DNA of 64,000 bases from IMG/VR virus record IMGVR_UViG_3300045988_054096, positions 55,944 through 119,943 of that record; one strand, written 5' to 3'. The position numbers and the translations under genes are program-made. The DNA is from a virus. Positions 49,061 through 58,866 of this stretch are shown one piece after another. Under the pieces are notes generated by a model. That model had not been told where the DNA came from. It did no database searches and was given only the letters and a program-made list of their open reading frames with translations. Each line of letters opens with the position of its first letter. Positions within the stretch are counted from its first letter, which is position 1.

Positions 49061-49131
49061 TTCTCCCACTAGGAGTCGGACCTAGGTCTCAGAATTAAAA
49101 GTTCTGAGCTCTACCGTTGAGCTATGGGAGA
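49061..49131 (-). tRNA. tRNA-Lys (anticodon UUU)
   Basis: TCTCCCATAGCTCAACGGTAGAGCTCAGAA CTTTTAA TTCTGAGACCTAGGTCCGACTCCTAGTGGGAGA. Confidence 0.6.
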
Positions 49132-49599
49132 GAGAGTGTTCCCAGTCTAAAAGCCGTGGCTAATAGGTGGGAACTAGCATATATGCTAGAACTGCCTAGG
49201 AAGGCAGTAAAGGAAGAAAAGAGAGACTAGCTTGTGTAGGCTTACCTCTACCATACATAGTCTTAGTCTCTGTCACTACATAAAGTAGCCTGTACTCGTT
49301 ACATAAATGAGTGAGCCAACTCCAGCAGTTTCTTGTTGAAACTCTTTCAAAGTCACCAGTTTATAGATTACTGGAAACTGAGGTACTTTACTAAAGTGAG
49401 AATACATGAACCTTGTTAGTCTCAAGGTCCTCGTTCACCTGAGCTGCTATTCGCATAGCATCACCGATTTTATCAAATGTTGTAGCCCTGTTAGGGTTAC
49501 TTACAATAATGATTTCTCCGTCTTGTCCTTGCCTTATAAAGGCTTTAGGACTAATCTTTAAAATGTACATATTCTTCTATTTTTAGGTTAATATTGTGT

Positions 49600-49677
49600 A
49601 CTGGTGGAAGGACTTGAACCTTCGACCTTGATGGTATAAGCATCCTGCGCTAACCGACTGCGCCACACAGTGTAGAC
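49600..49677 (-). tRNA. tRNA-like with anticodon UAU (Ile?), imperfect acceptor
   Basis: CACTGTGTGGCGCAGTCGGTTAGCGCAGGATG CTTATAC CATCAAGGTCGAAGGTTCAAGTCCTTCCACCAGT. Confidence 0.35.
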
Positions 49678-49890
49678 ACACACGAAGTGTGCATTGTCTC
49701 TTTAAGGATAGAGACTATCCTGCCAGGTCGGGTCATTGTAATGAGTCTACAGCAAGTGTGTCAGCTGATAGTGTGTCAACAGCTACAGTATCAACCTTTA
49801 CTGAATCAACTTGTTCAACATTCTTTGCAGTGTTACCACATGAAGTGAACATTGCTCCACACATCAGTGCAAAACTAATTAAAAGTGCTT

Positions 49891-50620
49891 TCATTTTAAA
49901 ATATTATTTAATAATGTTATTATTTGATCTTGAGAATAAGTATAAGGAATTTCAACTAGATTTAGTTTCTATTCCTCACAGTATCTTCTAAGATCCTCAT
50001 CTCTTACTTTCTACTTTAGGAAGTCTCTTTCAGCCTTTTCCTAATCCCCTGTAAACGGAATAGGTATATAATGCTATCTACCATTATATTCTATTACAAT
50101 CTACTTGCTTGGAATATAGAAGTCAACAATTATTTTCTTTCTGGATCTAAAGTTTCCTTCTAATTCATACTAAGACAGGTAGTTAATTTGTCCTCCATCA
50201 AGATAGCTTGATATAAGCCTCTCTCCGTGACTTTCTTTACACTTCGGACATCCATGTCCATATATGTGTATGCCTGGTGTCTGAAGGAATGAACCGTGTA
50301 TAGGACATATTATTTCTACCTTTTGATGTTGTCCGCAGTACTTTAGAGTAATCATACTTGTCCTTATGAACCTACTTGGCTTTCCTTATGAAATCTTCCT
50401 AAGTATCAGACTTAGCCTTACGCATCTTCTCCCTTCCACATTTTGGACATCCTGACCCACTCAGGAAAGAATTTGCGCTCTTTTCAAATTGTCCATGTAT
50501 AGGACAAATTACAGTTATTTTATCTCTACTACTAACATAAACGGACTAAGAGTAATCGTAGTCCTAGGTAGGATAAATTTCCTTAGCTTTCTAGATAAAC
50601 TCTTCTGTAGTTAGCTTTCT
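49891..50620 (-). CDS. second homing-endonuclease-like gene (paralog of 23231..23950), TAG-recoded and split by a frameshift near 50345
   Basis: MRKLTTEEFI*KAKEIYPT*DYDYS*SVYVSSRDKITVICPIHGQFEKS...GCPKCGREK...DT*EDFIRKAK*VHKDKYDYSKV / frame change / KYCGQHQKVEIICPIHGSFLQTPGIHIYGHGCPKC (track ORF 50170..50355) then read-through ...NYLS*YELEGNFRSRKKIIVDFYIPSK*IVIEYNGR*HYIPIP... to TGA at 49891-49893. Confidence 0.4.
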
Positions 50621-50631
50621 CATTTCTAATG

Positions 50632-51078
50632 TTACTTAGCTCCATCACACAACGAGAATAAATAGTCAAATTTGTTAACATTTTGAATAAATGTCTCACA
50701 TTCTGACTTCAATCCAGCATATAATGGATTTTCAGGAATTTGTTTGTAGAAGCTAAGAGTTCCTGCTTTTACTTCATCAACGAATTGTTGAGCATTCTAA
50801 GCATTACCTGGATCTCCTTTAACATCACTCGGTCCTAAATGTACACTTAGTACTCCCATGATGCCTTCTGCAACAGTATCCTAATAATCTGAGATAACTT
50901 CTAAGAACTCATCCAAATACACATGGACGTTCTTCTTAGGAGCTGCCCAGTGTAAGTTCTTACATTTTGTTTTCCATCCTTCCAACTTACAGATAAAGTC
51001 GAGGAAAGGTTTAAGGCCTGATACCTATCCTCCATTCTGAAATACTGGAGTTCTTGGAACTAGTGGTACTATACTCAT
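50632..51078 (-). CDS. Dps/ferritin-like protein, TAG-recoded (3 in-frame TAG)
   Basis: MSIVPLVPRTPVFQNGG*VSGLKPFLDFICKLEGWKTKCKNLHWAAPKKNVHVYLDEFLEVISDY*DTVAEGIMGVLSVHLGPSDVKGDPGNA*NAQQFVDEVKAGTLSFYKQI...CDGAK, TAA stop; Dps-like LHW...YLDEF...D.VAE pattern. Confidence 0.55.
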
Positions 51079-51133
51079 TCTAAAAATGCATTTTTAATTG
51101 TTAATAAATAGAATCTATTTGCTACATCCAAAG

Positions 51134-51205
51134 TTGGAGCAAGAGGACTCGAACCTCTACTGTAAGATTCAAAATCTTATGTGCTAACCATTACACCATG
51201 CTCCA
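51134..51205 (-). tRNA. tRNA-Gln (anticodon UUG)
   Basis: TGGAGCATGGTGTAATGGTTAGCACATAAGA TTTTGAA TCTTACAGTAGAGGTTCGAGTCCTCTTGCTCCA. Confidence 0.65.
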
Positions 51206-51272
51206 ATTTATTCTAGATTAGACTTATAATAGTCTATCCAATAATCAGCCTCCATATCTTCGAAGATCTCTT

Positions 51273-51455
51273 TCAGTTCTTCACCGGACAGATTTTCATA
51301 CGGATCGTCCATATTAGGTAACTAATTTGATTAACTAAATAACGTTTAAACCTCTTAAATAGAGATTCTTCTTCATAGCATTCCCATAGTGAACTATACT
51401 CCAAATCATCTAAGTTGGAGCAATGTAGAAGAAAGTCTTTACAATCGTGGTTCAT
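51273..51455 (-). CDS. hypothetical protein
   Basis: 60 aa ORF. Confidence 0.25.
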   Translation of the reverse strand: MNHDCKDFLLHCSNLDDLEYSSLWECYEEESLFKRFKRYLVNQISYLIWTIRMKICPVKN

Positions 51456-51576
51456 TTTCTCCCTTTTCTATGTTTTTTGTTTAAACATTTAACATAAAAT
51501 GGTGTAGTTTTTAATTCCACTACAGGCCTCTCAAGTAACTCCTTTAGACAAGTGAGTTCTAGGTAATCTATTCCAT

Positions 51577-52032
51577 TCATATCTCTAAATTATTTTCTAT
51601 TCGTTTAACTTTATCAACATAGGTTGGATCTGTTGCATACTTGATTCTTATAAGGAAATCATAGTAATCCTCACCATCTCTATGTTTGTACTCAATCATG
51701 TTTTTATATCCTTCTATACAATCAGTCCAGTGATCAAATGAATAATATTCTTTTCTCTTGCTATTATACAATCCGAACAGATTATTTCTTTTGATACAGT
51801 GAGCTGATGTGTAGTTTCCACTCTCTAACTTAGCTTGAGCTAGCACGATTCGTGGGTGCTTTATATTATAATACTCTAAGGCTAAATATAGAGTTGAATC
51901 ACTTAACTCTTTATGCAGAAATGAAGTATCTTGGACTTCAATTCTTGTTTGTTGAGGAATTACCTCAATATCGTGGAAACTCATGGATATGAAGCAAAAT
52001 AAAATTATTAGTAATATTCTTTTCATAAACAC
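51577..52032 (-). CDS. secreted peptidoglycan hydrolase (mannosyl-glycoprotein endo-beta-N-acetylglucosaminidase family) - endolysin candidate
   Basis: 151 aa; signal peptide MFMKRILLIILFCFISMS; VLAQAKLESGNYTSAHCIKRNNLFGL matches glucosaminidase AQAxLESGWG...NNLFGI motif. Confidence 0.55.
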   Translation of the reverse strand: MFMKRILLIILFCFISMSFHDIEVIPQQTRIEVQDTSFLHKELSDSTLYLALEYYNIKHPRIVLAQAKLESGNYTSAHCIKRNNLFGLYNSKRKEYYSFDHWTDCIEGYKNMIEYKHRDGEDYYDFLIRIKYATDPTYVDKVKRIENNLEI

Positions 52033-52041
52033 AAGTTTTAG

Positions 52042-52125
52042 TGGGAGAGGTAGGACTCGAACCTACAGTCCTCGAAAGGAGCGGATTTACAGTCCGCACG
52101 GCTACCAATTACCGGTTACTCTCCC
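52042..52125 (-). tRNA. tRNA-Tyr (anticodon GUA), type II
   Basis: GGGAGAGTAACCGGTAATTGGTAGCCGTGCGGA CTGTAAA TCCGCTCCTTTCGAGGACTGTAGGTTCGAGTCCTACCTCTCCC. Confidence 0.65.
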
Positions 52126-52179
52126 AAATGATAGTTCATTAGTTACGAAGGAGAACTATCAAGCCTTCAAAACGGTTAG

Positions 52180-52779
52180 CTAACCAAAAAGAGTATTCAA
52201 TTGCTCCTTTAACGCATTAAGTCTTTGGATAGTAATTGTTAACTTTTCATGCTTTGCTTTTAAATTACTGTACTGTATTTTCTGCAAAGTTACTGTATTT
52301 TTCAACGACTTATTCTCAGAGAGAAGCTTTTTATTTTCATCCCATATACTATCTGCTAGATTAAATTCTTCAGATCTTTCCTTAATCGTAGCTTCTAGTT
52401 TAGCTATTTTTCCTACTGCCTCTATAAGTTTTTTCTCAGCTTTCTGAGAGGCATTCATAAATGCAGTCATGGAAGAAGAAACCTCTGGATACACTAGAAG
52501 TAAACTTCTTAGATATGGAATAATTGTATCTTCTCCGAGAGTTGCAGATACTCCAATACTAGTTTTTATCACATAAAAGCCAACAGATGTTTTAACAATA
52601 TCAATATCCTTTAGCTTTACTTCTGCATTAAAGTGATCAGCGAATCTTACTATAATTTCAAATTCCTTTCCATAAGATACCTTGTAGTACCTAGAGTTAT
52701 ACAATTTCGATTGATGCTCCAGTTTACCAACACGAGCAAGGTACCTTTTAATTGATTCATCTCTTTTGCTCTTTAACAT
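52180..52779 (-). CDS. hypothetical coiled-coil protein
   Basis: 199 aa ORF. Confidence 0.3.
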   Translation of the reverse strand: MLKSKRDESIKRYLARVGKLEHQSKLYNSRYYKVSYGKEFEIIVRFADHFNAEVKLKDIDIVKTSVGFYVIKTSIGVSATLGEDTIIPYLRSLLLVYPEVSSSMTAFMNASQKAEKKLIEAVGKIAKLEATIKERSEEFNLADSIWDENKKLLSENKSLKNTVTLQKIQYSNLKAKHEKLTITIQRLNALKEQLNTLFG

Positions 52780-53099
52780 ATTATTTAATCTTTTGGGTTA
52801 TCAAAGATAATCCAAAGTAATCCTACAGCTTTGACTAGAAGAGCTGCCTACTGCAAGATCTAGCATATAATAGGTACTACGTTCTGTACTGAACTATATG
52901 ATAGAATTACTTTGGTGATAGTTTTAGGCTAGAAACTAACAAACCTACTCAATCAAAAAGATGGAACCTGTGCGTTTCGCTATACCATCATTACTCTGCA
53001 TCACGTCCACAGGCGACGCTATGGCATATCCCCAATTTTCCATAGTGGTGCTCAGACAGTTTTAGGCCGCAACCTAAGAACTGTGGTGGGTAGCACGAG

Positions 53100-53175
53100 T
53101 GGGAGCTGACTGAATCGAACAGATCGCCTAGGGTTTTTCAGACCCTCGTGCAATAACCATCTACACCAAGCTCCC
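53100..53175 (-). tRNA. tRNA-Phe (anticodon GAA)
   Basis: GGGAGCTTGGTGTAGATGGTTATTGCACGAGGGT CTGAAAA ACCCTAGGCGATCTGTTCGATTCAGTCAGCTCCC; weak T-stem. Confidence 0.5.
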
Positions 53176-53259
53176 TTAAAGACTTACTATCTTCACAGAC
53201 TGTAAGCCAAATAGTTACAAAACAATTTCATGCCAAACAATTCATCAATCGGAAAGAGT

Positions 53260-53331
53260 GGACCGTGTGGGACTCGAACCCCGACTTCAGCTTGCAAAGC
53301 TAACGTGTTAGCCAATTACACTACACAGCCC
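53260..53331 (-). tRNA. tRNA-Ala (anticodon UGC)
   Basis: GGGCTGTGTAGTGTAATTGGCTAACACGTTAGC TTTGCAA GCTGAAGTCGGGGTTCGAGTCCCACACGGTCC. Confidence 0.5.
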
Positions 53332-53549
53332 ATTATAAATGTTAGTACTGTACACTTCTTACGTCTTATATGGAATACTTTTCCGTTGCTTTGAGACTGA
53401 CCTTACACTGTTGTATATTACTGAGCTACAGCAGGCACTCTGAAATTTCTAATCCCTCAAACCATATATGACAGCCACTTACATTTTCGCAATCATAGTG
53501 GACGACATTTCCCTCGCACAGTAGGGTATTACTCTTTCTCTGATTACTA

Positions 53550-53644
53550 ACAGAAAATCAGATATGTATTCATTTAAAGTGCTCTAAACCAGCTGAGCTA
53601 TACCCGACGAATCGGATAGCAGGATTCGAACCTACGACCCCTTG
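53550..53644 (-). ncRNA. Y-RNA-like RNA with permuted tRNA-like domain (second copy)
   Basis: minus strand: TTCATTAATG...GTAGG TTCGAAT CCTGC TATCCGA T [TCG] TCGGGTA TA GCTC AGCTGGTTTA GAGC A CTTTAAATGAA; 3' tRNA half precedes 5' half with 3-4 nt linker; termini TTCATT/AATGAA pair. Confidence 0.4.
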
Positions 53645-53663
53645 CTTGGAAGGCATTAATGAA

Positions 53664-53692
53664 AAACAATTGCTGTTACATATCTTATTAGC
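53664..53692 (+). promoter_or_regulatory. conserved intergenic motif copy (AAACAATTGCTGTTACATATCTTATTAGC)
   Basis: abuts 5' end of Y-RNA-like element and follows stop of gene 53694..53939. Confidence 0.35.
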
Positions 53693-53693
53693 A

Positions 53694-53939
53694 TTATCCT
53701 AAAAACTTTATACCACCTACACACGTATGATATGACTTCTTACCATTCTTTTCTAAGATATAGTAGTAATCCCTATAAGTATAAGACATACCTATAAGGG
53801 TTTTTACTTCTCCTGTAGGCTCTACTACTACTTGCTGGCCAAAATGCTTACCACATTCTCTAAACCATTCTGGGAAGTCTTTATCGAAGCCATCCTTGAT
53901 TTCATTATTGGCTAAGGCAGACCCGTCGTAAATACCCAC
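53694..53939 (-). CDS. hypothetical protein
   Basis: 81 aa ORF. Confidence 0.25.
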   Translation of the reverse strand: MGIYDGSALANNEIKDGFDKDFPEWFRECGKHFGQQVVVEPTGEVKTLIGMSYTYRDYYYILEKNGKKSYHTCVGGIKFLG

Positions 53940-54075
53940 CTCTTCCCCCCCCCATTATCATAATCCTCAATTCTATGAAAATCTTTCTTGTAGTGTTCAT
54001 ATTCCCAAATACAATACCTATCTCTATAAGTTCTATCTTTGGGATCTTTAGCCAAAGCGGGTTCAGCTAATTTCT

Positions 54076-54456
54076 TTAATTCTTCGATAAGCTCCTTTCT
54101 ACCCATGTTGATGATTTAGTTTTTACTGGCTTGGTTTCAACAAGATTTACAAACCGGCATTCAAGCATTTTCACACCAGTTTCTACAAACTCTACATCCC
54201 ACCCTCTGTATCCACTATCTCCAATAATCTTTACGGGAGTTCCAGCAGGATATATAATCATCTCATTAAAATTGTTAGGAGTTTTATACCATTCCTTTGG
54301 CTCTCCTAAATAAACAATATCTCCAATCTTCATTTTGATATAATTTTTACATTTTGCGCACGCTACTGGATTCGAACCAGTGATGGGGCTTTTGCCACGG
54401 CAGATTAACAGTCTGCTGCCTTCGTCCACTCGGCCAAACGTACAGAATGCTACCAA
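54076..54456 (-). CDS. hypothetical protein
   Basis: 126 aa ORF; note 3' region overlaps tRNA at 54357..54443 so true start is probably downstream. Confidence 0.2.
   Translation of the reverse strand: MVAFCTFGRVDEGSRLLICRGKSPITGSNPVACAKCKNYIKMKIGDIVYLGEPKEWYKTPNNFNEMIIYPAGTPVKIIGDSGYRGWDVEFVETGVKMLECRFVNLVETKPVKTKSSTWVERSLSKN
54357..54443 (-). tRNA. type II (long variable arm, Ser-like GCC...GGC D-arm) tRNA carrying anticodon GUU (Asn codons)
   Basis: GTACGTTTGGCCGAGTGGACGAAGGCAGCAGA CTGTTAA TCTGCCGTGGCAAAAGCCCCATCACTGGTTCGAATCCAGTAGCGTGC-G; perfect anticodon stem. Confidence 0.45.
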
Positions 54457-54624
54457 TTAATCAAGATGATCCCAACATCTATTCAGATTAATTGTAGCCG
54501 AGCCATTTTATTCTAGTAAAAATGACTAAACACCTAAGACTCTATCACCTCAAGTCTTACAGAGGTACAGAATTAGCAGTATGTAAACCCGGCAGCTTAT
54601 CGCATAGCCCTTGCGTGGGAATAG

Positions 54625-54696
54625 TAGTGCTACTGAGAATCGAACTCAGATTTCTACCTTGAGAGGGCAGTTACCTAACCGTTAGTAGATAGCACC
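54625..54696 (-). tRNA. tRNA-Glu (anticodon CUC)
   Basis: GGTGCTATCTACTAACGGTTAGGTAACTGCC CTCTCAA GGTAGAAATCTGAGTTCGATTCTCAGTAGCACT. Confidence 0.5.
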
Positions 54697-54877
54697 ATAC
54701 CAGAGTGCAATCACCCACTTGTCTGACCTAACGTCGCAGAGACCAATTTACGGCATTCATAACCCAAAGTATGCGTAGGGCTGCTCTCTAAGAGCAGAAT
54801 CAAAGTAATACAGAGTACATTTAGGGATTTGAACCCATTCCTTTAAAGTGTGACAAACTTCATTGTTAAACCATAGA

Positions 54878-54906
54878 AATTGCTGATGTACTCTTGTTAT
54901 TAACCC
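54878..54906 (+). promoter_or_regulatory. conserved intergenic motif copy, variant (GAAATTGCTGATGTACTCTTGTTATTAAC)
   Basis: consensus match with one substitution. Confidence 0.3.
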
Positions 54907-55013
54907 AAAAACAATCATCAAAGAAATCAGATAGCGTTTTGTGCTAATTATTTTACCTCGCTAACACTGACGAGTCTCTTTATAAAACCCAAAATTATAA
55001 GAAATCAGTATAA

Positions 55014-55042
55014 TTAATTTTGCTGTACGCTATCTTATAATC
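55014..55042 (+). promoter_or_regulatory. conserved intergenic motif copy (AATTTTGCTGTACGCTATCTTATAATCTA)
   Basis: consensus match. Confidence 0.35.
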
Positions 55043-55066
55043 TAATTCAAAAAGTCATGTTTTTGA

Positions 55067-55138
55067 GCGGGGATAACGGACTCGAACCGTCGCCTCAACC
55101 TTGGAAGGGTTTTATGCTACCACTAACACCAATCCCGC
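55067..55138 (-). tRNA. tRNA-Gly (anticodon UCC)
   Basis: GCGGGATTGGTGTTAGTGGTAGCATAAAACC CTTCCAA GGTTGAGGCGACGGTTCGAGTCCGTTATCCCCGC. Confidence 0.5.
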
Positions 55139-55445
55139 GAAAGATTTCAATGCAAAAGTAGTAATAACTCCAGAAACTCCAAATCTAGATTATGTTAATT
55201 TTTGTAAAATCTCTAATCTATTGGTTTTCAGTAATTATTACTACTCTATGCTCAGTATTCCACATAAGGTGGATTGTTATCATCAGAATCATGCTTCTCA
55301 CACAGCCACCAGATGAATGCAGTGGCTAAGATAAAGAGTATTGTTACATACATACTTTTAATTTTTCGTTACAGAAAACAAAGATAGTAATAGATCTGGA
55401 TTGCTCCAAAAATATTACTATCTAAGTTGTTATTTTAGGGTGTAT

Positions 55446-55865
55446 TTAGAGTTTCTTATACAGTCCCTTGTACGGAGCAAAGACTTCAAAGCCGTTACTT
55501 TTCAGTAAATTTACAGCTTCCTCAATTTCCTTACTCTTGAGCACTTCTTCTCTCTTCTTTCGAGCATAATGAGCACTTGCATACCCGTTTGCCTTCTTTT
55601 GATAACGAACATAAATACCCTGAAGTGTCTGATGATGAATTGGAAGCTGATTCTTCCATGTCCACATATCACCTTCCACTCTTACTAAAAGGCCAGAGTT
55701 TCTAAATTCCGCAAAGAACAAAGGATTTGATGGAATGCCACAGGCCTTGAGCGCATTCCGGAAATCTTCCTCAGCTAAGGGAAGATCTCCAGATTGAATA
55801 CTGTGCTTTCTGAACTCGTTTAGTGCCGCTATGTGATCCATGGCGACAAAGGCATTCTTTCTCAT
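55446..55865 (-). CDS. hypothetical protein
   Basis: 139 aa ORF. Confidence 0.3.
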   Translation of the reverse strand: MRKNAFVAMDHIAALNEFRKHSIQSGDLPLAEEDFRNALKACGIPSNPLFFAEFRNSGLLVRVEGDMWTWKNQLPIHHQTLQGIYVRYQKKANGYASAHYARKKREEVLKSKEIEEAVNLLKSNGFEVFAPYKGLYKKL

Positions 55866-56251
55866 AACTCGGCAGTGTTCAAAAGGTTGTACAGTGTGTT
55901 CTTCAAACTCTCAACGATTACCTCGTCGTTAAGCTGCCGACCTTGGAACTTGTCCAAAATGGCATTACGAATGCCCTTTCTCTTTGCCATTTCCTTGTCA
56001 TATTCAGCCTTTCTCTTTGCCATTTCCTTGTCATATTCAGCCTTTCGCGCATCATACAGAACTTTCTCTTTCTTCCTGTCCTCCTTCTGAAGATTGATGT
56101 ATGTTTTCTCTGGCTCTACAGGAGTGCCTGGAAGAACAACATCACAAAGTCCATAGTTCTTATTGGCTTGAACTTGTACTTTGTAGGGAGAAAAGCCATT
56201 CTTGTTGTTTGTAACTTTAAGATTCAAAACGATAGATTTTGCTCCTATCAT
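55862..56251 (-). CDS. hypothetical protein with internal duplicated peptide KEMAKRKAEYDKEMAKRK
   Basis: 129 aa ORF spanning the 33-bp tandem repeat. Confidence 0.3.
   Translation of the reverse strand: MIGAKSIVLNLKVTNNKNGFSPYKVQVQANKNYGLCDVVLPGTPVEPEKTYINLQKEDRKKEKVLYDARKAEYDKEMAKRKAEYDKEMAKRKGIRNAILDKFQGRQLNDEVIVESLKNTLYNLLNTAEL
55978..56043. repeat. perfect 33-bp tandem duplication (TTCTCTTTGCCATTTCCTTGTCATATTCAGCCT x2)
   Basis: two identical adjacent copies 55978-56010 and 56011-56043 inside a coding region. Confidence 0.8.
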
Positions 56252-56379
56252 AGCTATTTACCCTCTAGCAGGATTTATTAGTGCTAGAATTAAATTCCGT
56301 TTACTTTCCTCCGGCAACGTCAACTAAGTTTAACCACGTGTTACTGGTCTTCGCACGAGCTTAGCAAAGGTTAAAATAG

Positions 56380-56465
56380 TGAGAGTGAGACGAGTCGAAC
56401 GTCTCTTTGAGAATCAAACTCCATAGTATTATCCGAGTATAGTCACTAGTAAACTATACACTCCC
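56380..56465 (-). tRNA. tRNA-like, type II length (86 nt), anticodon arm not resolved
   Basis: GGGAGTG TA TAGTTTACTAGTGACTAT...variable hairpin TTTGATTCTCAAA...AGACGTTCGACTCGTCT CACTCTC; good acceptor/T-arm. Confidence 0.35.
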
Positions 56466-56530
56466 TTGATGGCTACAGCTTCGCATTCTGTAGCCTTACC
56501 CAAAATTGGGATTCATGGTTGCAATTGTAG

Positions 56531-56605
56531 TAGGGAGTGTTGGATTTGAACCAGCATCACTACATTATGGACCTGATAGTATGTTCACCATTACACCAAC
56601 TCCCA
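56531..56605 (-). tRNA. tRNA-like, anticodon arm not resolved
   Basis: TGGGAGTTGGTGTAATGGTGAACAT...GCTGGTTCAAATCCAACACTCCCT; acceptor and T-arm present. Confidence 0.3.
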
Positions 56606-56652
56606 TAAAATCCTACTATCTTCACAGACTGTAGGATCGAAACAACCAAAGA

Positions 56653-56901
56653 TTACTCTTTCTCTGTGCTATCAGCAATCATTTTAAGCACAGCCTTAAG
56701 TGCTGCAGGACCAGATCCTTCTTTTCTGAGAATAACTGCTGCCATAGCTGAGAATAATGCCTTCTTAGCTATTTCTTCCGGAAGCTTCTTCAGTGTGTCT
56801 TTGATATCATCTGGAGATAAAATACCTGCACTACCCATTGATGCAAAACGCAATGCTTCATCTAGCTGTTCTTCTGTCAAAATAATTTTCTTTTCGTTCA
56901 T
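56653..56901 (-). CDS. hypothetical protein
   Basis: 82 aa ORF. Confidence 0.3.
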   Translation of the reverse strand: MNEKKIILTEEQLDEALRFASMGSAGILSPDDIKDTLKKLPEEIAKKALFSAMAAVILRKEGSGPAALKAVLKMIADSTEKE

Positions 56902-57169
56902 AATCTTAAATATTTAAGTGATCATTTAAAAGTTAATTCATTAATTTATAGAAGAGCTTATATCCTGATAAAGTATATAACTCTCTGATAGACAAAGTAG
57001 CACGACACAGATAGTATAATACTGTACAAATAACTATCCATGCTAGTGTTACTCCAAGACCCTTATCGACAATACTGTCAATACCTCCTATGAACAACAT
57101 TATCGTAAGTGCTGTTGTCCATAACAGAATACCTTTTAATATCTTCTTCATATTCTTATTGTTTTCAAG

Positions 57170-57634
57170 TTATACAAACTTAAATGTATGAAATTCTTCC
57201 AGTTCGAGTGTTATTAGCTCTTTATAGAAGTGTTCCACAAAGTGTTCTGCTTGTTCTCTTTCTTTAAAAATCCAATGATTTGAAAGTAAGCCATGTCCAC
57301 AATACACGCCATCATTCTCAAACCCTAACTTTCCTTCCCATATTGTTTTAGCAGTATCAATGTAGACGTTAAACATTTGATCATCTATCATTATTTTCCC
57401 AGCATATGTTCCGTGGTTTGGCTTAGAGCAAGGTCGTGCTAAAACGATTTCTGGGACATAATAAAGCCCAGAAGTGAGTTCTACTTTCCTTCCTCTTGAC
57501 ATAAACTTATACACAACAGAAAGTTTGGAGTAAAGATCTGAGCAATTAGCTGGAAGTGATGTAGGAAGAGCAACCATAAGAGTATAATCATTTACAATTT
57601 CCTCTTCTGGAAATGCTCTTAAAGTTATATCCAT
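57170..57634 (-). CDS. hypothetical protein
   Basis: 154 aa ORF. Confidence 0.3.
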   Translation of the reverse strand: MDITLRAFPEEEIVNDYTLMVALPTSLPANCSDLYSKLSVVYKFMSRGRKVELTSGLYYVPEIVLARPCSKPNHGTYAGKIMIDDQMFNVYIDTAKTIWEGKLGFENDGVYCGHGLLSNHWIFKEREQAEHFVEHFYKELITLELEEFHTFKFV

Positions 57635-57799
57635 ATTTTTATTGTTTTTGGATTTGCGTTTTACAGCTTAAACCTTACTGTCTCTAATCTGAGCTGGCCG
57701 ATTAGAGCTTATAAGTAAGGAACTAGCTGTCCTCAACGGCTTGGAAAGTTATTTAAGTTTTTGTGTACATTAGCTATACCAAATCTCTGGATACATGGC

Positions 57800-58090
57800 T
57801 TATTTTGATTTAATGATTAATGTGTAATCATCCGGTATGTCTGGCTCTCCCTCTTGTTCAAAGAATATGATACTGATTTCGTTATCATACTCTTTAAAAA
57901 TACGGTTTGTTAAATACTCTTTCTGCTCTTTGGTCAACTGACCGTTGAAGCAGATAGCATTTGCTGGCGTGTCATCCTCATTGTCATTCTCTAGATTCAT
58001 TTCACCTAAGTAGAGAACTACACTAGCACGGACACTAGGAATGTAATCCAATTTGTCTTCTGTTGCTGTTAAAATAATTAATGTTTTCAT
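57800..58090 (-). CDS. hypothetical acidic protein
   Basis: 96 aa ORF. Confidence 0.3.
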   Translation of the reverse strand: MKTLIILTATEDKLDYIPSVRASVVLYLGEMNLENDNEDDTPANAICFNGQLTKEQKEYLTNRIFKEYDNEISIIFFEQEGEPDIPDDYTLIIKSK

Positions 58091-58119
58091 TGTTCTGGGT
58101 TTTAAATGTTAATAATTAG

Positions 58120-58191
58120 TACCTCTACCAAGAGTCGAACTTGGATCTTATGATTCGTAGTCATACATTCTATCCATTGAACTATAGAGGC
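58120..58191 (-). tRNA. tRNA-Arg (anticodon ACG)
   Basis: GCCTCTATAGTTCAATGGATAGAATGTATGA CTACGAA TCATAAGATCCAAGTTCGACTCTTGGTAGAGGT. Confidence 0.6.
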
Positions 58192-58866
58192 AGGTGAGCA
58201 ACCGTGTTTCACAACAGAGTTACTCTGAATATTGAAAAATATTTTAGAAAATGAAGCAAGCATAGAACTTGCTATTGTAATCGTGTTACAAACATTAGTT
58301 TCGCAATAGCTACTTATCTCCCCACCTCGTAAAGGTTGTTTGCATAGAGAGATTTTTCACCAGCTATATCGGATGCTGGTGATGGAGTTTCAACCATTCT
58401 ACTTAAATATATTGGGATTTAACAGTTCCCTACTGTCAGCTTTCAGAATAAGGCTAGCTACTTATTCCTCCATTACTACTGTCTTGGTTTACTAATTTAC
58501 ACATGACTTTTCCCTACTACTTCCTCTGTCAAGTAATTATCCTCCCAAGGAATGTCCCTATAGTAGTTTTAACTTACAATTAGTTTTAGTAAGTGGTTAA
58601 TCATATAACAGTCAGTTTTGATAGACACTTATTATAGATTCCGGACTCTACGACAGTTATCAATCATGTGTAGGTAGTTTACAGAACTCTACCAAACTCT
58701 AAACGCAGCCTTTTTTCACTTCGGTGGTCTATGCTGCCTAACCACGCCTACATACGTAGGTATTCGCTTTAAATAATCATAATGATGGAAGTTTAAAGTA
58801 TATACGCTTCCAAACTATTTTGTTAAACAATAAACGCCTGTCTATTCCAGGCTGCCAATAGGTATT

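Noticed and set aside
49689-49991. 100-aa plus-strand ORF rich in Ser/Thr
   Set aside because: Lies antisense to the C-terminal DUF559-like domain of the recoded homing endonuclease (readable on minus strand through TAG codons); no start context; treated as spurious.
54076-54456. 126-aa ORF as an intact gene
   Set aside because: Its N-terminal about 30 codons overlap the type II tRNA (54357-54443); likely starts at an internal Met or is partly spurious.
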